A stretch of DNA of 64,000 nucleotides from positions 5,459-69,458 of the forward strand of contig JBOGVA010000093.1 of NCBI GenBank assembly GCA_050692195.1, written 5' to 3'. The notes beneath the pieces were generated by a model. It was not told the origin of the DNA. It saw only the letters and a list, made by a program, of their open reading frames with translations, and searched no databases. The translations under genes were made by a program, and so were the position numbers. Within the stretch, counting starts at the first letter, position 1; the number at the start of each line of letters is the position of its first letter. Shown piece by piece: positions 11,752-22,665 of this stretch. Origin of the DNA: Actinomycetota bacterium (lineage in GTDB: Bacteria > Actinomycetota > UBA4738).

Positions 11752-12081
11752 ATGAAGGCCGACATCAGGAAGAACGACGAGGTGCATGTGATCTCGGGGA
11801 AGGACCGTGGCAAGCGAGGCCGCGTGGTGAACGTCTATCCCAAGACGAGCAAGATCATGGTGGAGGGCATCGCTCGGGCCTCGAGGCACATGCGGATGCG
11901 CCCATCGCGGTCGTCGACCCGCGGGGTGCGAGAAGGCGGCATCATCAGCCAGGAGCTTCCCATCGACCTGTCGAACGTTCAGCTCGTCTGCAAGTCCTGT
12001 GGGAAGCCCACCAGGATCGGGCACCGGATCGAGAACGGCGTGAAAGCCCGCATCTGCCGCCGGTGCGAGTCGGAGACTTAA
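11752..12081 (+). CDS. rplX: 50S ribosomal protein L24 (KOW domain) with a CxxC...CxxC C-terminus
   Basis: [26 protein letters not shown]...; the C-terminus reads [28 protein letters not shown]. Confidence 0.93.
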   Translation: MKADIRKNDEVHVISGKDRGKRGRVVNVYPKTSKIMVEGIARASRHMRMRPSRSSTRGVREGGIISQELPIDLSNVQLVCKSCGKPTRIGHRIENGVKARICRRCESET

Positions 12082-12084
12082 GAC

Positions 12085-12696
12085 ATGGCGGAGACTGTAT
12101 CGAAGCAGCCGGCGCCTCCTCCCAGGCTCAAGGAGCGATACCTGAGCGAGGTCCTGCCCGTCCTCCAGCAGGAGCTCGGGATCTCCAACCGCATGGCGGC
12201 CCCGCGGCTGGAGAAGATCGTCATCAACATGGGGACGGGGGACGCCATCCGCGACGCGAAGCTGCTCGAGGCGGCCATGGCGGATCTGGCCACCATCACC
12301 GGGCAGAAGCCCGCCGTGACCCGGGCTCGAAAGTCGATCGCCCAGTTCAAGCTCCGGACCGGAATGTCCATCGGGGCGAAGGTGACGTTGCGGGGAGCCC
12401 GCATGTGGGAGTTCCTGGACAGGCTGCTCTCGACGGCGCTTCCCAGGATCCGGGACTTCCGAGGGCTCGACCCGGGGGCGTTCGATGGGGGCGGCAACTA
12501 CACGATCGGGGTGACCGAACAGCTGATCTTCCCGGAGATCGACTACGACAAGGTAGCCAAGGTGCGGGGCATGGACATCACCATCGTGACGACTGCCCAG
12601 GATGACGAGGAGGGGAGGGCGCTGCTTCGTGCGCTCGGCTTCCCCTTCACCGGACAGCCGGCGGTCGCGACCGCGGCGGCAGCGGGAGGCGGATAG
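12085..12696 (+). CDS. rplE: 50S ribosomal protein L5
   Basis: ...[20 protein letters not shown]...[30 protein letters not shown]... Confidence 0.96.
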   Translation: MAETVSKQPAPPPRLKERYLSEVLPVLQQELGISNRMAAPRLEKIVINMGTGDAIRDAKLLEAAMADLATITGQKPAVTRARKSIAQFKLRTGMSIGAKVTLRGARMWEFLDRLLSTALPRIRDFRGLDPGAFDGGGNYTIGVTEQLIFPEIDYDKVAKVRGMDITIVTTAQDDEEGRALLRALGFPFTGQPAVATAAAAGGG

Positions 12697-12722
12697 AGGT
12701 TGATGGACGTCGAGAGGAAGCT

Positions 12723-12911
12723 ATGGCGAAGAAATCGCTGATCGAGAAGCAGCAACGTGCCGGTGCGAAGTTCAGGGTCCGCGCGTATACCCGGTGCGCC
12801 AGGTGCGGTCGTGCCCGGGCCGTCTTCCGGCGGTTCATGCTGTGCCGCATCTGTTTCCGGGAACTGGCCCACCAGGGCGAGATCCCCGGTGTGACCAAGG
12901 CCTCGTGGTGA
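12723..12911 (+). CDS. rpsZ: 30S ribosomal protein S14, zinc-binding type Z
   Basis: 62 aa with two Cys pairs: [12 protein letters not shown]...[39 protein letters not shown]. Confidence 0.95.
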   Translation: MAKKSLIEKQQRAGAKFRVRAYTRCARCGRARAVFRRFMLCRICFRELAHQGEIPGVTKASW

Positions 12912-12927
12912 GGAGGAGAGTGGCGCC

Positions 12928-13326
12928 GTGGTCATGACCGACCCCATCGCGGACATGCTGACGCGGATCCGGAATGCCAACATGGCCTACAAGGACGAGA
13001 TCGTCCTCCCCTCCTCTTCGGTCAAGGAACGCATCGCCGAGATCCTGGCACGCGAGGGCTACCTCGCCGAGACCTCCGTGGGCGGGGAAGGGAAGGATCG
13101 AGCGATCACCATCCGGCTGAAGTACGGCCCCAACAGGGAACGAACCATCTCCGGATTGGAGCGGGTGTCGAAGCCGGGCCGTCGGGTCTATGCGGACAAG
13201 GAATCCGTCCCCAGAGTGCTGGGAGGGCTCGGTATCGCTATCCTGTCCACTTCCCGGGGTCTCCTCACGGACCGCCAGGCGAAGAAGCAAGGTGTCGGCG
13301 GCGAGGTTCTGGCTTACATCTGGTAG
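12928..13326 (+). CDS. rpsH: 30S ribosomal protein S8
   Basis: [18 protein letters not shown]...; the start may instead be ATG 12934 rather than GTG 12928. Confidence 0.95.
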   Translation: MVMTDPIADMLTRIRNANMAYKDEIVLPSSSVKERIAEILAREGYLAETSVGGEGKDRAITIRLKYGPNRERTISGLERVSKPGRRVYADKESVPRVLGGLGIAILSTSRGLLTDRQAKKQGVGGEVLAYIW

Positions 13327-13342
13327 GGGGAAGTAGGAAACC

Positions 13343-13888
13343 ATGTCTCGGATCGGCAAGCAGCCCGTCGTCCTCCCGGAAGGGGTGGAGGTTGCGCTCG
13401 AGGGGTCCCGGGTCACCGTCAAGGGGCCCAGGGGCTCCCTCGAGCAGACCTTCCATCCGGATATGCGCATCCAGTTGGAGGAGGCGACGCTGCGGGTGGA
13501 ACGCCCCAGCGACGAGCGGTCCCATCGTTCCCTTCACGGACTGACCCGCTCGCTCATCGCCAACATGGTGGAGGGGGTCACGGCCGGCTTCGAGAAGCGG
13601 CTGGAGATCGTGGGCGTTGGCTATCGAGCGGCCCTGAAGGATTCCGACCTCGAGCTGGCCCTGGGCTTCTCTCACCCCGTGAGGTTTCCAGCGCCCTCCG
13701 GGATCGAGTTCGAGGTCCCAGCCCCCAACCGGATCGTCGTTCGGGGGATCGACAAGCAGCAGGTGGGAGAGGTGGCCGCGGAGATCCGCAAGATCCGCAA
13801 GCCTGAGCCGTACAAGGGAAAGGGCATCCGGTACGAAGGAGAGTACGTGCGGAAGAAGGCTGGCAAGGCCGCGAAGGGAGCGGCGTGA
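13343..13888 (+). CDS. rplF: 50S ribosomal protein L6
   Basis: [17 protein letters not shown]...[22 protein letters not shown]... Confidence 0.96.
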   Translation: MSRIGKQPVVLPEGVEVALEGSRVTVKGPRGSLEQTFHPDMRIQLEEATLRVERPSDERSHRSLHGLTRSLIANMVEGVTAGFEKRLEIVGVGYRAALKDSDLELALGFSHPVRFPAPSGIEFEVPAPNRIVVRGIDKQQVGEVAAEIRKIRKPEPYKGKGIRYEGEYVRKKAGKAAKGAA

Positions 13889-14235
13889 TGCGGGCCGGAG
13901 CCAAGCGCCTTGCGAGGATCCGCCGGCACCTCCGGGTCCGAAAGACCGTTACGGGGACGGCCGCCCGCCCGCGGCTGGCCGTGTACCGTTCGAACCGGCA
14001 TATCTACGCCCAGCTGGTGGACGACGGATCCGCCCGAACCCTGGCCGCGGCCTCCGACCTGGCAGTCAGCGAGGGCGACAAGGCGGCCAAGGCCAAGCAT
14101 GTGGGAACGGCGATCGCCCAGCAGGCCCGGGAGATCGGCGTGGATCGCGTGGTATTGGACCGCGGAGGACGCCTCTATCACGGGCGGGTGAAGGCGCTCG
14201 CCGACGCTGCACGAGAGGGAGGTCTGAGGATTTGA
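13885..14235 (+). CDS. rplR: 50S ribosomal protein L18
   Basis: ...[20 protein letters not shown]...[25 protein letters not shown]... Confidence 0.95.
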   Translation: MMRAGAKRLARIRRHLRVRKTVTGTAARPRLAVYRSNRHIYAQLVDDGSARTLAAASDLAVSEGDKAAKAKHVGTAIAQQAREIGVDRVVLDRGGRLYHGRVKALADAAREGGLRI

Positions 14236-14828
14236 GACGCTACGACCAGGCCGCCGAGCGAAGCCCGTACGAGGAGCGGGTGGTCTCGATCAATCGCGTT
14301 GCCAAAGTGGTGAAGGGCGGGCGCCGGTTCAGCTTCGCCGCCCTGGTCGTGGTCGGCGACAAGGCTGGCCGGGTCGGCGTCGGATACGGCAAGGCAAAGG
14401 AGGTCCCCGCAGCCATCCAGAAAGGTGTGGAGGAAGCAAGGAAGGCCATGATCGAGGTTCCCATGATGCATACGACTATCACCCACCAGGTGGTCGGTCA
14501 GGACGGCGCCGGGATCGTCCTCATGAAGCCGGCCGCCCCGGGGACCGGCGTCATCGCGGGCGGGCCGGTCCGTGCTGTGGTGGAGGCGGCCGGCATCAAG
14601 GACATCCTGTCGAAGTCCCTCGGCTCCGGGAACCCGATCAACATCGTGCACGCCGCCATGGCGGGGTTGCGCTCGCTCAAGCGGCCGGAGGATATCGCTC
14701 GGCTCCGAGAGCGGGATGCCAGTGAGATCGCCCCGCGCCCGATGCTCGAGGCCATCGCCAGGGCCGATCAAGCGACGGCCGCTGCGCGCGCCGAGTCCGA
14801 GGTGGAGTGGAGAGATGGCCAGACTTAG
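14232..14828 (+). CDS. rpsE: 30S ribosomal protein S5
   Basis: ...[29 protein letters not shown]...; TTG start at 14232. Confidence 0.94.
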   Translation: MRRYDQAAERSPYEERVVSINRVAKVVKGGRRFSFAALVVVGDKAGRVGVGYGKAKEVPAAIQKGVEEARKAMIEVPMMHTTITHQVVGQDGAGIVLMKPAAPGTGVIAGGPVRAVVEAAGIKDILSKSLGSGNPINIVHAAMAGLRSLKRPEDIARLRERDASEIAPRPMLEAIARADQATAAARAESEVEWRDGQT

Positions 14829-15000
14829 AGTGACCCAGGTCAGGAGCGTCGTGGACCGCCCGCGGGACCAGAAGGCTACGGTCCGCAGGCTCGGCCTGCA
14901 CCGCATCCGAGACTCGGTCCTCAAGGAGGATCGCCCCGAGATCCGGGGAATGATCGCCAAGGTGTCGCATCTCGTCCACGTCGAAGAGGTCGAGGAGTGA
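14815..15000 (+). CDS. rpmD: 50S ribosomal protein L30
   Basis: [35 protein letters not shown]...; ATG 14815 lies inside track ORF 14572..15000. Confidence 0.92.
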   Translation: MARLRVTQVRSVVDRPRDQKATVRRLGLHRIRDSVLKEDRPEIRGMIAKVSHLVHVEEVEE

Positions 15001-15007
15001 GGCTCGG

Positions 15008-15457
15008 ATGAAGCTCCATCACCTCAGGCCCAACGAAGGCGCCGTCCGGGAACGCAAGCGAATGGGCCGTGGACGGGCCGCCGGGCAGGGCAAGACGGCC
15101 GGTCGTGGCACCAAGGGGTACAACGCCCGGCACAACCCGAGGCTCGGCTTCGAGGGGGGGCAGGTGCCCCTCCAGCGCCGCACCCCCAAGCTGAAGGGAT
15201 TCGCCAATCCAAACCGCTTGGAGTGGTCTGTCGTCAACGTGGAGAGGCTCGGAGATGCGTTCGAGGCCGGCAGCGAGGTCACACCGGAGCGGCTTCGGGC
15301 CCTGGGGATGGCCCGGAAGTCCAGGCCGGTGAAGGTCCTGGGACGGGGAGAGCTGACCACTGCATTGACGGTGCGGGCACACGCGGTTTCGGGGACCGCT
15401 CGGGCCAAGATCGAGCGGGCCGGTGGGACCGTTGAGATCATCGAGCCTGTACACTGA
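15008..15457 (+). CDS. rplO: 50S ribosomal protein L15
   Basis: MKLHHLRPNEGAVRERKRMGRGRAAGQGKTAGRGTKG... Confidence 0.95.
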   Translation: MKLHHLRPNEGAVRERKRMGRGRAAGQGKTAGRGTKGYNARHNPRLGFEGGQVPLQRRTPKLKGFANPNRLEWSVVNVERLGDAFEAGSEVTPERLRALGMARKSRPVKVLGRGELTTALTVRAHAVSGTARAKIERAGGTVEIIEPVH

Positions 15458-15488
15458 CTTCTCGGCGGTCCCTGGAGGCGTGTCTTAG

Positions 15489-16784
15489 ATGCTGAAGGCG
15501 TTCGTCAACGCGTTCAAGATCCCCGACCTGCGCAAGAAGATCCTCTTCACGCTGGGCATCATCGCCGTGTTCCGGCTGGGCTCGCACGTCCCCGTACCCA
15601 ACGTCGACCTGGACAGGCTTCAGGAGCTCCAGAACGCGACAACCGGGGAAGGGCTGTCCGCCCTGCAGTTCATCGACCTCTTCTCCGGCGGGGCTCTGAC
15701 CAGGTTCGCGGTCTTCTCGCTCGGGATCATGCCCTACATCACGAGCTCGATCATCATGCAGCTCCTCACGGTGGTGATCCCGAAGCTCGAGCAGTGGCAG
15801 AAGCAGGGCGAGATCGGCATCAAGAAGATCACCCAGTGGACCCGCTACATGACGGTTACCCTGGCCCTGCTCCAGTCCACGGGCCTGGTCTTCCTGTTCA
15901 ACAGCAGCCAGTTCTCGACGACCGGAGGGGAGTCCGGGATCGTCCGGGACTTCACCCCTCCCCGGGTCGCGCTTATGGTCCTGACCCTGACCGGCGGGAC
16001 GGCCATGATCATGTGGCTGGGTGAGCTGATCACCCAGCGGGGGATCGGCAACGGGATGTCCCTGTTGATCTTCACCAGCGTGATCTCGACCCTTCCGGCG
16101 GAGGGCCTGGCCATTCTCCGGCAGGCCGGACCTGCCAAGTTCTACTTCCTGCTCGGGCTCGGAGTGGCGATCATCCTGGCCGTGGTGTGGATGGAGCAGG
16201 GCCAGCGTCGGATCCCGGTGCAGTACGCCAAGCGAGTCGTGGGGCGACGGATGATGGGGGGCCAGAGCACCTACATCCCGCTCAAGGTCAACCAGTCCGG
16301 TGTGATCCCGATCATCTTCGCTTCATCGGTCCTGTACTTCCCGACGCTGCTTCAGAACGTGATCCACGTCGAATGGTTCCAGGACTTCGTGAACAATCAC
16401 TTGCTCAGGCAGTCCAGCCTGTTGTACATGATCATCTACGGCGGCCTCGTCGTGTTCTTCGCGTACTTCTATACCGCGATCACCTTCAATCCGATCGACA
16501 CGGCCGACAACATCCGAAAGTACGGAGGGTTCATCCCGGGCATCCGGCCCGGCAGGCCCACCGCCGAGCATCTTTCGGGCATCCTCAACCGCATCACGCT
16601 GCCGGGCTCGCTCTTCCTCGCCGCCATCGCTCTGATCCCCTCGATCTTTCTGGCCATCTGGGCCATCACGGCATTCCCCTTCGGGGGGACCACCATCCTG
16701 ATCACGGTTGGGGTCGCGCTCGAGACCATGAAGCAGCTCGAATCCCAGCTGATGATGCGTCACTACGAGGGATTCCTCCACTAA
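15489..16784 (+). CDS. secY: Preprotein translocase subunit SecY
   Basis: 431-aa polytopic membrane protein: ...DLRKKILFTLGIIAVFRLGSHVPVPNVD...GIMPYITSSIIMQLL...; spc-operon position. Confidence 0.96.
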   Translation: MLKAFVNAFKIPDLRKKILFTLGIIAVFRLGSHVPVPNVDLDRLQELQNATTGEGLSALQFIDLFSGGALTRFAVFSLGIMPYITSSIIMQLLTVVIPKLEQWQKQGEIGIKKITQWTRYMTVTLALLQSTGLVFLFNSSQFSTTGGESGIVRDFTPPRVALMVLTLTGGTAMIMWLGELITQRGIGNGMSLLIFTSVISTLPAEGLAILRQAGPAKFYFLLGLGVAIILAVVWMEQGQRRIPVQYAKRVVGRRMMGGQSTYIPLKVNQSGVIPIIFASSVLYFPTLLQNVIHVEWFQDFVNNHLLRQSSLLYMIIYGGLVVFFAYFYTAITFNPIDTADNIRKYGGFIPGIRPGRPTAEHLSGILNRITLPGSLFLAAIALIPSIFLAIWAITAFPFGGTTILITVGVALETMKQLESQLMMRHYEGFLH

Positions 16785-16796
16785 GGGAGGGGCCCG

Positions 16797-17453
16797 ATGC
16801 GCATCGTGCTGCTGGGCCCCCCCGGGGCCGGGAAGGGAACGCAAGCCAAGCGGATGGCCGAGCGCTACGGCCTGGTTCACGTCGCCACCGGGGACATCTT
16901 CCGGCGCAACGTGCAGGAAGGGACCGAGCTGGGCAGGCTGGCGAGGCCCTATATGGGCGCCGGCGAGCTGGTCCCGGACGACATCACCGTTCGGATGATG
17001 GTCCGCGCGTTGGAGGAGGTCCCTCGGGGCTACATCCTGGACGGCTTCCCCCGGACCGTGGCTCAGGCCGAGGCCCTCGAGGCAGCCCTGGCCGCCTTGG
17101 GGCGACCTCTCTCCGTGGCGCTGGCGTTCTTGATCGACGACGAGACCGCCGTAAGGCGCATCGCCGGACGACGGACGTGTGCCAGGTGCCAGCGCCCCTG
17201 TCACGTCGATTTCGATCCACCGCGGGTCCCGGGGGTCTGCGACGTGTGCGGCGGAGGTCTGATCCAGCGGCCGGACGATGACGAGGAGACGGTTCGGCGC
17301 CGAATTCAGGTGTACCACGAGAGCACCGAGCCGCTCCTTAAGTTCTATTCCGAACGGGGCCTCCTGCGAGAGGTCGAGGCGACGGGTACCGTGGACGAAG
17401 TGGCCGACCGAGCCACCGCCGCGCTGAGCGACCTGGCACCATCCGTCGGGTAG
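16797..17453 (+). CDS. adk: Adenylate kinase (Cys4 lid)
   Basis: MRIVLLGPPGAGKGTQA...; the lid reads CARCQRPCH...CDVCGG. Confidence 0.96.
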   Translation: MRIVLLGPPGAGKGTQAKRMAERYGLVHVATGDIFRRNVQEGTELGRLARPYMGAGELVPDDITVRMMVRALEEVPRGYILDGFPRTVAQAEALEAALAALGRPLSVALAFLIDDETAVRRIAGRRTCARCQRPCHVDFDPPRVPGVCDVCGGGLIQRPDDDEETVRRRIQVYHESTEPLLKFYSERGLLREVEATGTVDEVADRATAALSDLAPSVG

Positions 17454-17470
17454 CGGGACCCAAGCGTTCG

Positions 17471-18229
17471 ATGATCATCTTCAAGTCGCCCGATGAGATC
17501 GAGAAGATGCGGCGGGCCGGTCGCATCGTCGCCCTGACCATCGACCGGTTGATCGAGGCGGTCCGGCCCGGCATCACCACGTCGGACCTGGATCGGTCGG
17601 CGGAGAGGATCATTCAGGGAGAGGGAGCGCTGCCTTCCTTCAAGGGGTATCGAGGATTCCCCGCCACCATCTGCACCTCGTTGAACGAACAGGTCGTCCA
17701 CGGGATCCCCGGTTGGAGGATTCTGGAGGCCGGAGACATCCTTTCGCTGGACGTCGGGGCGATCTGGGAGGGCTACCACGCCGACAGTGCCGTGACGGTC
17801 TTCGTCGATGGATCGCCCTCCGACGTGGCCACCCGGCTCGTCGACGTGACCGCGAGGTCTCTGGAGGCGGGGATCTCCCGGCTCAACGCCGGCGGACGGC
17901 TGGGAGACGTGGGGCATGCGGTTCAGCAGGTCGTGGAGGACGCCGGGTTCAGCGTCGTCCGGGAGTATGCAGGCCACGGGGTTGGGCGAGCGCTGCACGA
18001 GGACCCTCAGGTGCCCAACTACGGAGAGCCCGGCCGGGGTCCCCAGGTCAAGCCCGGGTTGGTCGTGGCCATCGAGCCCATGGTCAACGTGGGCGACTGG
18101 CCCACCCGCGTGCTCGCCGACCGGTGGACGGTCGTCACGGCCGACGGCAGCCACTCGGCCCACTTCGAGCACACCGTCGCCGTTACCGACGAAGGCCCGG
18201 AGGTCCTCACTCGCCGGGGCTCTGCGTAG
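17471..18229 (+). CDS. map: Type I methionine aminopeptidase
   Basis: ...[23 protein letters not shown]...[18 protein letters not shown]...EHTVAVT... Confidence 0.95.
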   Translation: MIIFKSPDEIEKMRRAGRIVALTIDRLIEAVRPGITTSDLDRSAERIIQGEGALPSFKGYRGFPATICTSLNEQVVHGIPGWRILEAGDILSLDVGAIWEGYHADSAVTVFVDGSPSDVATRLVDVTARSLEAGISRLNAGGRLGDVGHAVQQVVEDAGFSVVREYAGHGVGRALHEDPQVPNYGEPGRGPQVKPGLVVAIEPMVNVGDWPTRVLADRWTVVTADGSHSAHFEHTVAVTDEGPEVLTRRGSA

Positions 18230-18259
18230 CCCGGCCTCGAGCCCGACCAGGGCCAGAAG

Positions 18260-18288
18260 TAGACGCCTCGCAGCTGGGACTCTATACT
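18260..18288 (+). promoter_or_regulatory. Candidate promoter for infA-rpmJ-rpsM
   Basis: TAGACG at 18260-18265, a 17-nt spacer, then TATACT at 18283-18288. A short GC hairpin at 18301-18318 follows in the leader. Confidence 0.35.
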
Positions 18289-18360
18289 TTGAGTGTCGCT
18301 CCGGGGCAGGGAGCCCGGGGCGTGTTTTGGCGTGCTCGGATCGAGAGGTCAACCCGGAGA

Positions 18361-18579
18361 TTGGCGAAGAAGGATGCGATCGAGGTCGAGGGGACGGTCG
18401 TGGAGCCCCTGCCAAACGCCATGTTCCGGGTCGAGCTCGATAACGGACACAAGGTGCTGACCCACATCTCGGGGAAGATGCGGATGAACTACATCCGGAT
18501 CCTCCCGGGAGACCGGGTCCTGGTGGAGCTCTCCCCGTACGATCTGACCCGGGGGAGGATCATCTACCGGTACCGGTAG
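18361..18579 (+). CDS. infA: Translation initiation factor IF-1
   Basis: (L)[74 protein letters not shown] start at 18361, inside track ORF 17713..18579. Confidence 0.93.
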   Translation: MAKKDAIEVEGTVVEPLPNAMFRVELDNGHKVLTHISGKMRMNYIRILPGDRVLVELSPYDLTRGRIIYRYR

Positions 18580-18602
18580 GGTGTCCCGAGGAGGCGACAG
18601 TC

Positions 18603-18716
18603 GTGAAGGTTCGACCTTCGGTCAAGAAGATATGCGAGCGCTGCAAGCTGATCCGCCGGGGCGGCCGGGTCATGGTGATCTGCTCCAACCCACGGCACAA
18701 GCAGCGGCAGGGATAG
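18603..18716 (+). CDS. rpmJ: 50S ribosomal protein L36 (zinc type)
   Basis: Not in the ORF track because it is too short. My hand translation is (V)[36 protein letters not shown], with a GTG start. Confidence 0.92.
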   Translation: MKVRPSVKKICERCKLIRRGGRVMVICSNPRHKQRQG

Positions 18717-18731
18717 CGAGGGAGATCGCTC

Positions 18732-19106
18732 ATGGCCCGAATCGCCGGCGTCGACCTCCCCCGTGACAAGCGGGTGGACATCGCGCTCAGATACATCTAC
18801 GGCATGGGCCCCAGCAGGGCGCTCCAGACCGTGGCGGCGCTCGAGCTCGACGGAGGGCGGAAGGTCCGGGACCTCACCGAGGAAGAGGTCGTTCGGATCC
18901 GCGAGTGGATCGAGCGCAACTACAAGGTGGAGGGAGACCTTCGCCGTGACGTCGCGCAGGACATCAAGCGGAAGATCGAGATCAGCTCGTATCAAGGCAT
19001 CCGGCATCGGCGGAGCCTTCCGGTCCACGGGCAGCGGACGCACACGAACGCCCGCACCCGCAAGGGCCCGAAGAAGACCGTCGGCGTCAGGCGGAAGAAG
19101 GTCTAA
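18732..19106 (+). CDS. rpsM: 30S ribosomal protein S13
   Basis: [26 protein letters not shown]...[26 protein letters not shown]... Confidence 0.97.
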   Translation: MARIAGVDLPRDKRVDIALRYIYGMGPSRALQTVAALELDGGRKVRDLTEEEVVRIREWIERNYKVEGDLRRDVAQDIKRKIEISSYQGIRHRRSLPVHGQRTHTNARTRKGPKKTVGVRRKKV

Positions 19107-19121
19107 GGAGACGAGGCCAGG

Positions 19122-19514
19122 ATGGCGAAGCCCAAGACCAAGAAGCCCCGGCGGCGGGAGAAGAAGAGCGTCTCGCATGGCCAGGCCCACATCAAGTCGA
19201 CGTTCAACAACACGATCATCAACATCACCGACCTGGAGGGAAACACCCTGTCATGGGCCAGTGCAGGCAACGTCGGGTTCAAGGGCTCTCGCAAGTCCAC
19301 GCCATTCGCGGCCCAGCTCGCGGCCGAGGCCGCGGCTCGCCGTGCCCAGGAGCACGGCTTGACCAAAGTGGACGTCTTCGTAAAGGGTCCGGGCTCCGGG
19401 CGAGAAACGGCCATCCGTTCCCTGGCCGCAACGGGGCTGGAGATCCTGGGCATCCAGGACGTCACTCCAGTACCGCACAACGGTTGCCGGCCCCGGAAGA
19501 GGCGGCGCGTCTGA
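19122..19514 (+). CDS. rpsK: 30S ribosomal protein S11
   Basis: ...[46 protein letters not shown]... Confidence 0.97.
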   Translation: MAKPKTKKPRRREKKSVSHGQAHIKSTFNNTIINITDLEGNTLSWASAGNVGFKGSRKSTPFAAQLAAEAAARRAQEHGLTKVDVFVKGPGSGRETAIRSLAATGLEILGIQDVTPVPHNGCRPRKRRRV

Positions 19515-19613
19515 GACGTTGTCGTAAATAGGCAAGACCCTCGGCTCGAAGGCCGGGGGAGGCAGACTGACTGCGGGGCAGAAATGGATGATCCCCCGCC
19601 AGGGAGGTGCACG

Positions 19614-20546
19614 TTGCTCATCGTCGCTCGACCCCAGATCCATGAGGAGAGCCTCACGCCCACACGCTCGAAGTTCTCCATCGAACCGCTCCAGCCGGGC
19701 TTCGGTTACACGCTCGGCAACGCGCTCCGGCGAACGCTGCTTTCGTCGATCCCCGGCGCCGCCATCTCCTCGGTGAGGATCGACGGCGTCCTGCACGAGT
19801 TCTCGACGATCCCGAAGATCACCGAGGACGTCACCGACATCATCCTCAACCTCAAGCAGCTCGTGATTCGATCCGAGGTGGAGGAGCCGGTCACCGCCTT
19901 CCTGAAGGCGAAGGGCCCCGCCGACGTGACCGCGGGCGACGTCCAGCCGCCCGCCGGCGTGGAGATCCTCAACCCGGACCTGCACATCGCCACGCTCGGC
20001 AAGGGAGCGACGATGGAGCTCGAGCTGGTGGTGCAGCGTGGGGTGGGGTATGTGCCCGCGGAGAAGAACAAGAATCCCCGGGACCCGATCGGAGTGATCC
20101 CTGTCGACTCGCTGTTCTCGCCGGTGCGCCGGGTGACGTACTCGGTGGAGAACACCCGCGTGGAGCAGATGACCGACCGGGACCGGCTGATCCTGGACGT
20201 CGAGACGGACGGTTCGATCTCCCCACGGGAGGGCCTGGCCTCTGCCGGCACCACGCTGACGGAGCTCGCGAACCTGTTCGGGGAGCTGGCGGAAAGCCCG
20301 GGCCTCACGGTCGGTCCGGCCGCCACCGAGTCGGCCCTGACCGGGGATCTGGCCTTGACCATCGAGGACCTCAACCTGACGGTACGCTCCTACAACTGCC
20401 TGAAGCGGGAGGGAATCAACACCGTCGGAGAGCTGGTCGAGAAGAGCGAGGCCGAGCTCATGGACATCCGCAACTTCGGACAGAAGTCCATCGAGGAGGT
20501 CAAGTCCAAGCTCGACGAGCTCGGGTTGACCCTTCGGGAGGAGTAG
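19614..20546 (+). CDS. rpoA: DNA-directed RNA polymerase alpha subunit
   Basis: (L)[49 protein letters not shown]... I chose TTG 19614 (GGGAGG sits 6 nt upstream) over the track start at 19584. Confidence 0.93.
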   Translation: MLIVARPQIHEESLTPTRSKFSIEPLQPGFGYTLGNALRRTLLSSIPGAAISSVRIDGVLHEFSTIPKITEDVTDIILNLKQLVIRSEVEEPVTAFLKAKGPADVTAGDVQPPAGVEILNPDLHIATLGKGATMELELVVQRGVGYVPAEKNKNPRDPIGVIPVDSLFSPVRRVTYSVENTRVEQMTDRDRLILDVETDGSISPREGLASAGTTLTELANLFGELAESPGLTVGPAATESALTGDLALTIEDLNLTVRSYNCLKREGINTVGELVEKSEAELMDIRNFGQKSIEEVKSKLDELGLTLREE

Positions 20547-20549
20547 GGA

Positions 20550-20918
20550 TTGCCCAGGCCCAGGAAGGGACCGCGACTGGGGTCCGGCCCGGCGCACGAG
20601 CGCCTGCTTCTGGGCGGGCTGGCCGCACAGCTTTTCCAGCACGGCCGGATCCGTACTACGGAGGCAAAGGCCAAGGCTCTCCGTCCCCTTGCCGAGCACC
20701 TGATCACCTTCGCCAAGCGGGGTGACGTTCAGGCCAGGCGGCAGGTCCTGAAGACGGTCCCGGACCGAGACGTCGTCCACAAGCTGTTCTCGGAGATCGG
20801 GCCCCGGTACGCGGAGCGCAACGGTGGCTACACCCGGGTCCTCAAGCTTGGGCAGCGCAAGGGCGACGGCGCCGCCATGGCGCTCATCGAGCTGCTGCCG
20901 GCAGAAGAACAGGAGTAG
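20550..20918 (+). CDS. rplQ: 50S ribosomal protein L17
   Basis: [46 protein letters not shown]... Confidence 0.95.
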   Translation: MPRPRKGPRLGSGPAHERLLLGGLAAQLFQHGRIRTTEAKAKALRPLAEHLITFAKRGDVQARRQVLKTVPDRDVVHKLFSEIGPRYAERNGGYTRVLKLGQRKGDGAAMALIELLPAEEQE

Positions 20919-20935
20919 GCACGCCCCGAGAACCG

Positions 20936-21685
20936 GTGGCGGACGTCATCAAGCTGGTTCTGGCCTACGACGGGACCGGCTTTCACGGGTGGGCTCGGCA
21001 GCCGGGTGTTCGTACCGTCCAGGGCGTGCTGGAGGAGGCCTTGGGGCGGATGCTCCGCCAGCCCCCCAGGCTCTCCGTGGCGGGGCGGACAGATGCCGGT
21101 GTGCACGCCGAGGGGCAGGTCGCTTCGTTCGCGGCGCCGGCGGGCACCGACCCCGCCCGGATCCAGGTCGCCCTCAACGCGATGCTGGGGCCGGAGATCG
21201 TGGTCATGGGTGCGGAGGTCGCTCCGGAGACGTTCGACGCCCGGCACAGCGCCACCGGCCGCGAATACCTCTACCGGATGGACACCGGCCCACTGCCCGA
21301 TCCCTTCACCGCCAGATTCGTATGGCACCGCCCCGCCCGGCTCTCGCTGCCCCGGATGCGGGCTGCGGCGCACACCCTGGTGGGCGAACATGACTTCGCC
21401 TCCTTCTGCCGCGCTCCCAAGCTCCCTTCGGGCGCCGTCCGGAGGCTGATCCGATTGGCGGTGAGCGCCCGAGACGATCGGGTGGAGTTCAGGGCCCTTG
21501 CCGACGGCTTCCTCCACCAGATGGTGCGGAGCGTGGTCGGCACGCTCGTGGCGGTGGGCGAAGGCAAGATCGAACCCCAGGCGATGGCGGACATCCTCAG
21601 TGCCCGGAGCCGGTCGGCCGCCGGCCCGGTCGCCCCTCCCCAAGGTCTTTCGCTGGTCCGGGTCCTGTACGGGCATCGTCGCTGA
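20936..21685 (+). CDS. truA: tRNA pseudouridine(38-40) synthase
   Basis: ...LAYDGTGFHGWARQPG...VAGRTDAGVHAEGQV...; conserved position after rplQ. Confidence 0.93.
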   Translation: MADVIKLVLAYDGTGFHGWARQPGVRTVQGVLEEALGRMLRQPPRLSVAGRTDAGVHAEGQVASFAAPAGTDPARIQVALNAMLGPEIVVMGAEVAPETFDARHSATGREYLYRMDTGPLPDPFTARFVWHRPARLSLPRMRAAAHTLVGEHDFASFCRAPKLPSGAVRRLIRLAVSARDDRVEFRALADGFLHQMVRSVVGTLVAVGEGKIEPQAMADILSARSRSAAGPVAPPQGLSLVRVLYGHRR

Positions 21686-21709
21686 TCACGCGGCCATACG
21701 CAGGACGCC

Positions 21710-21737
21710 CCGGCGGTTACCGAACCGTAACTGCCGG
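21710..21737 (+). terminator. Hairpin after truA (no U-tract)
   Basis: CCGGCGGTTAC (21710-21720), loop CGAACC, GTAACTGCCGG (21727-21737). The stem is 11 bp with one G-U pair. Confidence 0.35.
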
Positions 21738-21776
21738 GTGAAGGCGGCGTTGCTACGTGGCCCCACCATCAGACGC

Positions 21777-22622
21777 ATGACCGATCGAAAGGACACCGCG
21801 ACGAAGCGGCTCGTCTCTATCTTCGTCGGCCTGGGGTTGCTATCGGCCGCGTGCGGTGGGCCGGCGCGGCCCCCCAAGCCCATGTCGACCCCCCCTGCGA
21901 AGGAGTGGTCCACCGCCCCGCCCAGCCCGGCTCCGGCTCCCAGTCCGACCGAGACGGAGGAGCCGCCGGGCGACACCGGGGAAACGATCCCCGCCTCGCT
22001 GATCGGGACTCAGTGGTACACGCTGCCCACCACCGAGAAGGTCGTGGCGCTCACCTTCGACGCCGGTGCCAACGCCCAGGGGATTCCATCGATCCTGGCA
22101 ACCCTGGCCGCGCACGACGTCCCGGCCACCTTCTTCCTTACGGGTAAGTGGGTGGAGGTCTATCCTGACCACGCGGCCCGGATCGGCGCGGCGTATCCCG
22201 TCGCAAACCACAGCTACAGCCACCCCGACCTGACCCAGTTCTCCGACGGCCTGGTGGAGCGAGAGATCACCGGGGCCAACGACCGAATCGAGCGGGCAAC
22301 GGGCCGGGACACCCGTCCCATCTTCCGTTTCCCTTTCGGGGCCAGCGACCGGAGGACCATTGGCATCGCCAACTCGCTCGGATACGGGTGCATCAACTGG
22401 ACGGTGGACACCCGCGGGTGGCAAGGAACGTCTGGGGGGCAATCCGTGGCCCTGATCGTGGACCGCGTACTGAACGCACTCCAGCCGGGCCAGATTGTCA
22501 TCATGCACGTCGGGTCCCATCCCGCCGACGGCTCGACCCTGGATGCGGATGCCTTACCGCGGATCATCGAAGAGATCCGGGCCCGCGGCTACGGATTCGT
22601 GACGATCGATCAATACCTTTGA
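21777..22622 (+). CDS. Polysaccharide deacetylase (NodB homology domain) lipoprotein
   Basis: The N-terminus MTDRKDTATKRLVSIFVGLGLLSAAC has a lipobox. It is followed by a Pro/Ser-rich linker and NodB motifs ...ALTFDAGAN...HSYSHPDL...FRFPFG... Confidence 0.8.
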   Translation: MTDRKDTATKRLVSIFVGLGLLSAACGGPARPPKPMSTPPAKEWSTAPPSPAPAPSPTETEEPPGDTGETIPASLIGTQWYTLPTTEKVVALTFDAGANAQGIPSILATLAAHDVPATFFLTGKWVEVYPDHAARIGAAYPVANHSYSHPDLTQFSDGLVEREITGANDRIERATGRDTRPIFRFPFGASDRRTIGIANSLGYGCINWTVDTRGWQGTSGGQSVALIVDRVLNALQPGQIVIMHVGSHPADGSTLDADALPRIIEEIRARGYGFVTIDQYL

Positions 22623-22665
22623 GGGCTGCGTTCTCGCCATAACCGGAGATTCAGCGTCTGCGTCT

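Noticed and set aside
17713-18360. N-terminal 216 codons of the ORF that ends in infA
   Set aside because: It overlaps map in another frame. IF-1 homology starts at TTG 18361.
19251-20780. 509-aa minus-strand ORF
   Set aside because: It is antisense to rpsK, rpoA and rplQ, and has no motifs.
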